This document shows, in pieces, positions 27,168 through 29,428 of a stretch of 29,428 nucleotides of DNA. Position numbers and translations under genes: made by a program. Position 1 is the first letter of the stretch, and every line of letters begins with the position of its first letter. The notes below the pieces were generated by a model. The model saw only the letters and a program-made list of their open reading frames with translations, was not told where the DNA came from and searched no databases. The stretch spans positions 1 through 29,428 of the forward strand of contig JAVKIJ010000037.1 of the NCBI GenBank assembly GCA_031459535.1. Reading direction: 5' to 3'. The stretch is from Candidatus Fervidifonticultor quintus. GTDB lineage: Bacteria > Sysuimicrobiota > Sysuimicrobiia > Sysuimicrobiales > Humicultoraceae.

Positions 27168-27244
27168 AGGCCGAGCCTGACGAATCCCCCGGCAGGGATC
27201 AGCGCTCCAGCGTGCGAACCACGTGGCCCGAGGGGGTGGAGGGG

Positions 27245-28384
27245 ATGTTGTCTCCGTCCGACCAGGGATGTCTGCTGCTCGCGGACATCTCGGGCTACAC
27301 GGGTTATCTGGCCGGCAGCGAACTCGATCACGCCCAGAACGTCCTCGCCGACCTCATCGAAACCGTCATCCGCGGCCTGCGGCCCATGTTCAAACTGGCC
27401 AAGCTGGAGGGCGACGCCGCGTTTGCCTACACAGTGACGGCTCAGATCGATGGCTCCATGCTGCTCGACACCATCGAGAAGTGCTACTTCGGCTTCCGCC
27501 GGCGCCTGGACGGGATCGTACGGGCCACCACCTGCCCGTGCAACGCCTGCCGCCAGATTCCCAGCCTGAACCTCAAGTTCTTCGTGCACCATGGCGAATT
27601 CGCCCGGCACAAGGTCGCAGGCCGGGAAGAATTCACCGGGACCGACGTGATCGTCGTGCATCGCCTGCTGAAGAACTCGGTCGCCGAGGCGCTGGGGCTG
27701 CGCGGGTACGCATGGTTGACCGCCGCGTGCGTGGCGGCGGCCGGCGTCGATCCCGTGACGCTGGGCATGCGCGAGCACCGGGAGACCTACGAGCACATCG
27801 GTGAGATCGCGGGGTATGTCCACGACCTGGAGACTCGCTGGGAGGATGACCAGGCGCATCACCGCGCCTACGTGTCGCCCGCTGAGGCGGATCCCGAGCT
27901 GGTCTTCCATTTCCCGGCCGAACCGGAAGTCGTGTGGGACTACCTCACCTCACCCAAGCGCTGGAAGTGGATGCCAGGGATGACCGGATTCTCCCAGGTC
28001 ACGACCGGTGGCCGGCGTGGCACCGGCACGGTCAATCACTGCGCGCACGGTGAGACGGTCATCATCGAGGAGATTCTCGACTGGCGACCGTTCCAGTACG
28101 TGACCCTCAAGTCCACGATGCCGGGCATCGGCGAGATCGTGGAGACGATGGAGCTCGAGCCCGAGGACGGTGGCACGAGGCTTGTGTGGCGCCGGAGGCG
28201 CGAACGCAGCCGGAAGGCCCAGGCGGCCTGGACGACGGCTGCACAGCCAACACTCCAGTTCTTTCAGGCAGCCATGGCGCGCCTGGCCGAGGTCCTGGTT
28301 GACGAGCGGGAAGCCGCTGCCGACGAGGAGCGGAAAGCCACGTTGCCCGCCGGGCACGAGGAGCACTCAGCCGAACCGGGTTAG
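27245..28384 (+). CDS. DUF2652 (class III nucleotidyl-cyclase-like) domain fused to an SRPBCC/START domain
   Basis: ADISGYT, KLEGDA, CPCNAC, LKF..HHGE and G.DVI.VHRLLKN motifs; C-terminal PE.VWDYL...W..W.PG and DWRPF..T...GGTRL; ATG 27245 after GGAGGGG. Confidence 0.82.
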   Translation: MLSPSDQGCLLLADISGYTGYLAGSELDHAQNVLADLIETVIRGLRPMFKLAKLEGDAAFAYTVTAQIDGSMLLDTIEKCYFGFRRRLDGIVRATTCPCNACRQIPSLNLKFFVHHGEFARHKVAGREEFTGTDVIVVHRLLKNSVAEALGLRGYAWLTAACVAAAGVDPVTLGMREHRETYEHIGEIAGYVHDLETRWEDDQAHHRAYVSPAEADPELVFHFPAEPEVVWDYLTSPKRWKWMPGMTGFSQVTTGGRRGTGTVNHCAHGETVIIEEILDWRPFQYVTLKSTMPGIGEIVETMELEPEDGGTRLVWRRRRERSRKAQAAWTTAAQPTLQFFQAAMARLAEVLVDEREAAADEERKATLPAGHEEHSAEPG

Positions 28385-29428
28385 AGCGCGCCGGCCCGAC
28401 CCCGCCGGACCCACCGGCCCCGGCCGCGGGCCGCCTGCATCTCGCCTCGTGCGAACACCACCTCACCCCGGCTGATGGTATAGGCCGGCCAGCCGATCAC
28501 TTCCCAGCCGTCGTAGGGAGAGTATCCAGCCCGCGAGTGCATCAGGCGTCCATCGACCACGCGCCGTGCCTCGGGGTCCCACACGACCAGATCGGCATCG
28601 GATCCAATGGCGATCATCCCCTTCTGCGGAGCCAGGCCGAACAGTCTGGCGGCATTTGTCGAGGTCAGCGCCACGAACCGCTCGAGCGAGAGGCGCCCGG
28701 TGCGCACACCCGCGGAGAACAGCATGGGCATCAGCGTCTCGAGGTCGGCAACGCCCTGCCGCAGCGTGGCCACCGTCAGCGCGGGGTCGAGCTTCTGCTC
28801 CAGCGTCCACGGGGCATGGTCGCTGCACACGGTGTCGATGTCCCCCGACCACAACCCGGCCCACATCGCCGCCACGTCAGTGGCGTCACGCAGCGGCGGC
28901 GCGCCTGCGTACTTCGCCGCGTCGGGCTCCTCGAAGCGCTCACGCGTCAGGTAGAGATAGAGCGGCCGTGTCTCCACCCAGACCGGGAGCCCCGAGGCGC
29001 GGGCGCGCCGGCAGGCCTCCAGCGCCTCGGCCGAGGACAGGTGAACCACGTAGATGGGCGCCCCTGTCACCTGCGCCAGGGCCACCGCCCGCTCGACTGC
29101 GGCGGCTTCGGACGCGACCGGCCGACTGTCCGGGTAGTACCGTGCGCTGCCGCGACCCTCACTCAGCAACGCCGCGGCGGCGCACCGGATGACCGCAGCG
29201 TCCTCGCAGTGGACCATGGTCACCACGCCGCACCCGGCCGCCGTCCGCATGGCGCGCGCGAAGGCGTCCACCTGGGCGTCGAAGTGCTCGAAGACCATGA
29301 AGAGCTTAAGGCTGGTGTGGCCCTCGGCCGCCAGCGTGGGGATCCCCGCGATGGCCTCGTCGTTGGGATCTACGAGCACCGGGTGCAGCACGTAGTCCAC
29401 GGCGGCATCGCGGCCCGCGGCCGCCAGG
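28381..29428 (-). CDS. Dihydropyrimidinase/D-hydantoinase-like cyclic amidohydrolase (5' end outside the window)
   Basis: SLKLFM, MVHCED, IYVVHLS, ET.P.YL, PPLR, SDH, STN.ARLFG, KG.I..GSDADLVVWDP and YSPYDG motifs. Confidence 0.9.
   Translation of the reverse strand, partial: LAAAGRDAAVDYVLHPVLVDPNDEAIAGIPTLAAEGHTSLKLFMVFEHFDAQVDAFARAMRTAAGCGVVTMVHCEDAAVIRCAAAALLSEGRGSARYYPDSRPVASEAAAVERAVALAQVTGAPIYVVHLSSAEALEACRRARASGLPVWVETRPLYLYLTRERFEEPDAAKYAGAPPLRDATDVAAMWAGLWSGDIDTVCSDHAPWTLEQKLDPALTVATLRQGVADLETLMPMLFSAGVRTGRLSLERFVALTSTNAARLFGLAPQKGMIAIGSDADLVVWDPEARRVVDGRLMHSRAGYSPYDGWEVIGWPAYTISRGEVVFARGEMQAARGRGRWVRRGRAGAL

Noticed and set aside
20822-28384. Overlapping stop codons of convergent genes at 20822-20825 and 28381-28384
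   Set aside because: Common genome compaction; no evidence of a special function.
124-29395. Many long alternative-frame and antisense ORFs (e.g. 8726..10126 -, 10874..12304 -, 20339..21889 +, 25267..26766 -)
   Set aside because: They shadow well-supported genes, are Arg/Pro/Ala/Gly-rich without family motifs, and are expected in high-GC DNA.
1-29428. CRISPR arrays, IS elements, prophage or defence systems
   Set aside because: No spaced repeat arrays, transposase, integrase, phage or defence motifs were seen.

Overview
High-GC, gene-dense bacterial chromosomal window of metabolic and transport genes. I see no mobile elements, CRISPR arrays or tRNA/rRNA genes. Left to right: (1) a sugar-catabolic block (amidohydrolase, PfkB kinase, GH4 glycosidase, HpcH/HpaI aldolase); (2) a ~10.5 kb operon with a GntR regulator and tandem operator, encoding a homocitrate-synthase-like DRE-TIM enzyme, a LeuCD-type hydro-lyase, two half-size AbrB membrane proteins, an isocitrate-lyase/PEP-mutase family lyase, an MmgE/PrpD protein, a TctCBA tricarboxylate transporter and a DinB protein, with no LeuB/IDH-type dehydrogenase; (3) a minus-strand CUT1 ABC importer with a glycerophosphodiesterase; (4) DinB, an MFS exporter and a degenerate M19 dipeptidase; (5) a 446 bp intergenic region with a c-di-GMP-I riboswitch on the + strand, antisense to both neighbours, with an apparently complete ON-type terminator/antiterminator platform followed by a structured segment rather than a normal gene; (6) lhgO, a GuaB-like enzyme with GMP-reductase-like features, phhB, a cyclase-like DUF2652-SRPBCC fusion and a partial dihydropyrimidinase. 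The best candidates for new biology are the orphan/antisense riboswitch unit and the dehydrogenase-less synthase-isomerase-lyase operon. All calls come from motif recognition by eye; no searches were run.
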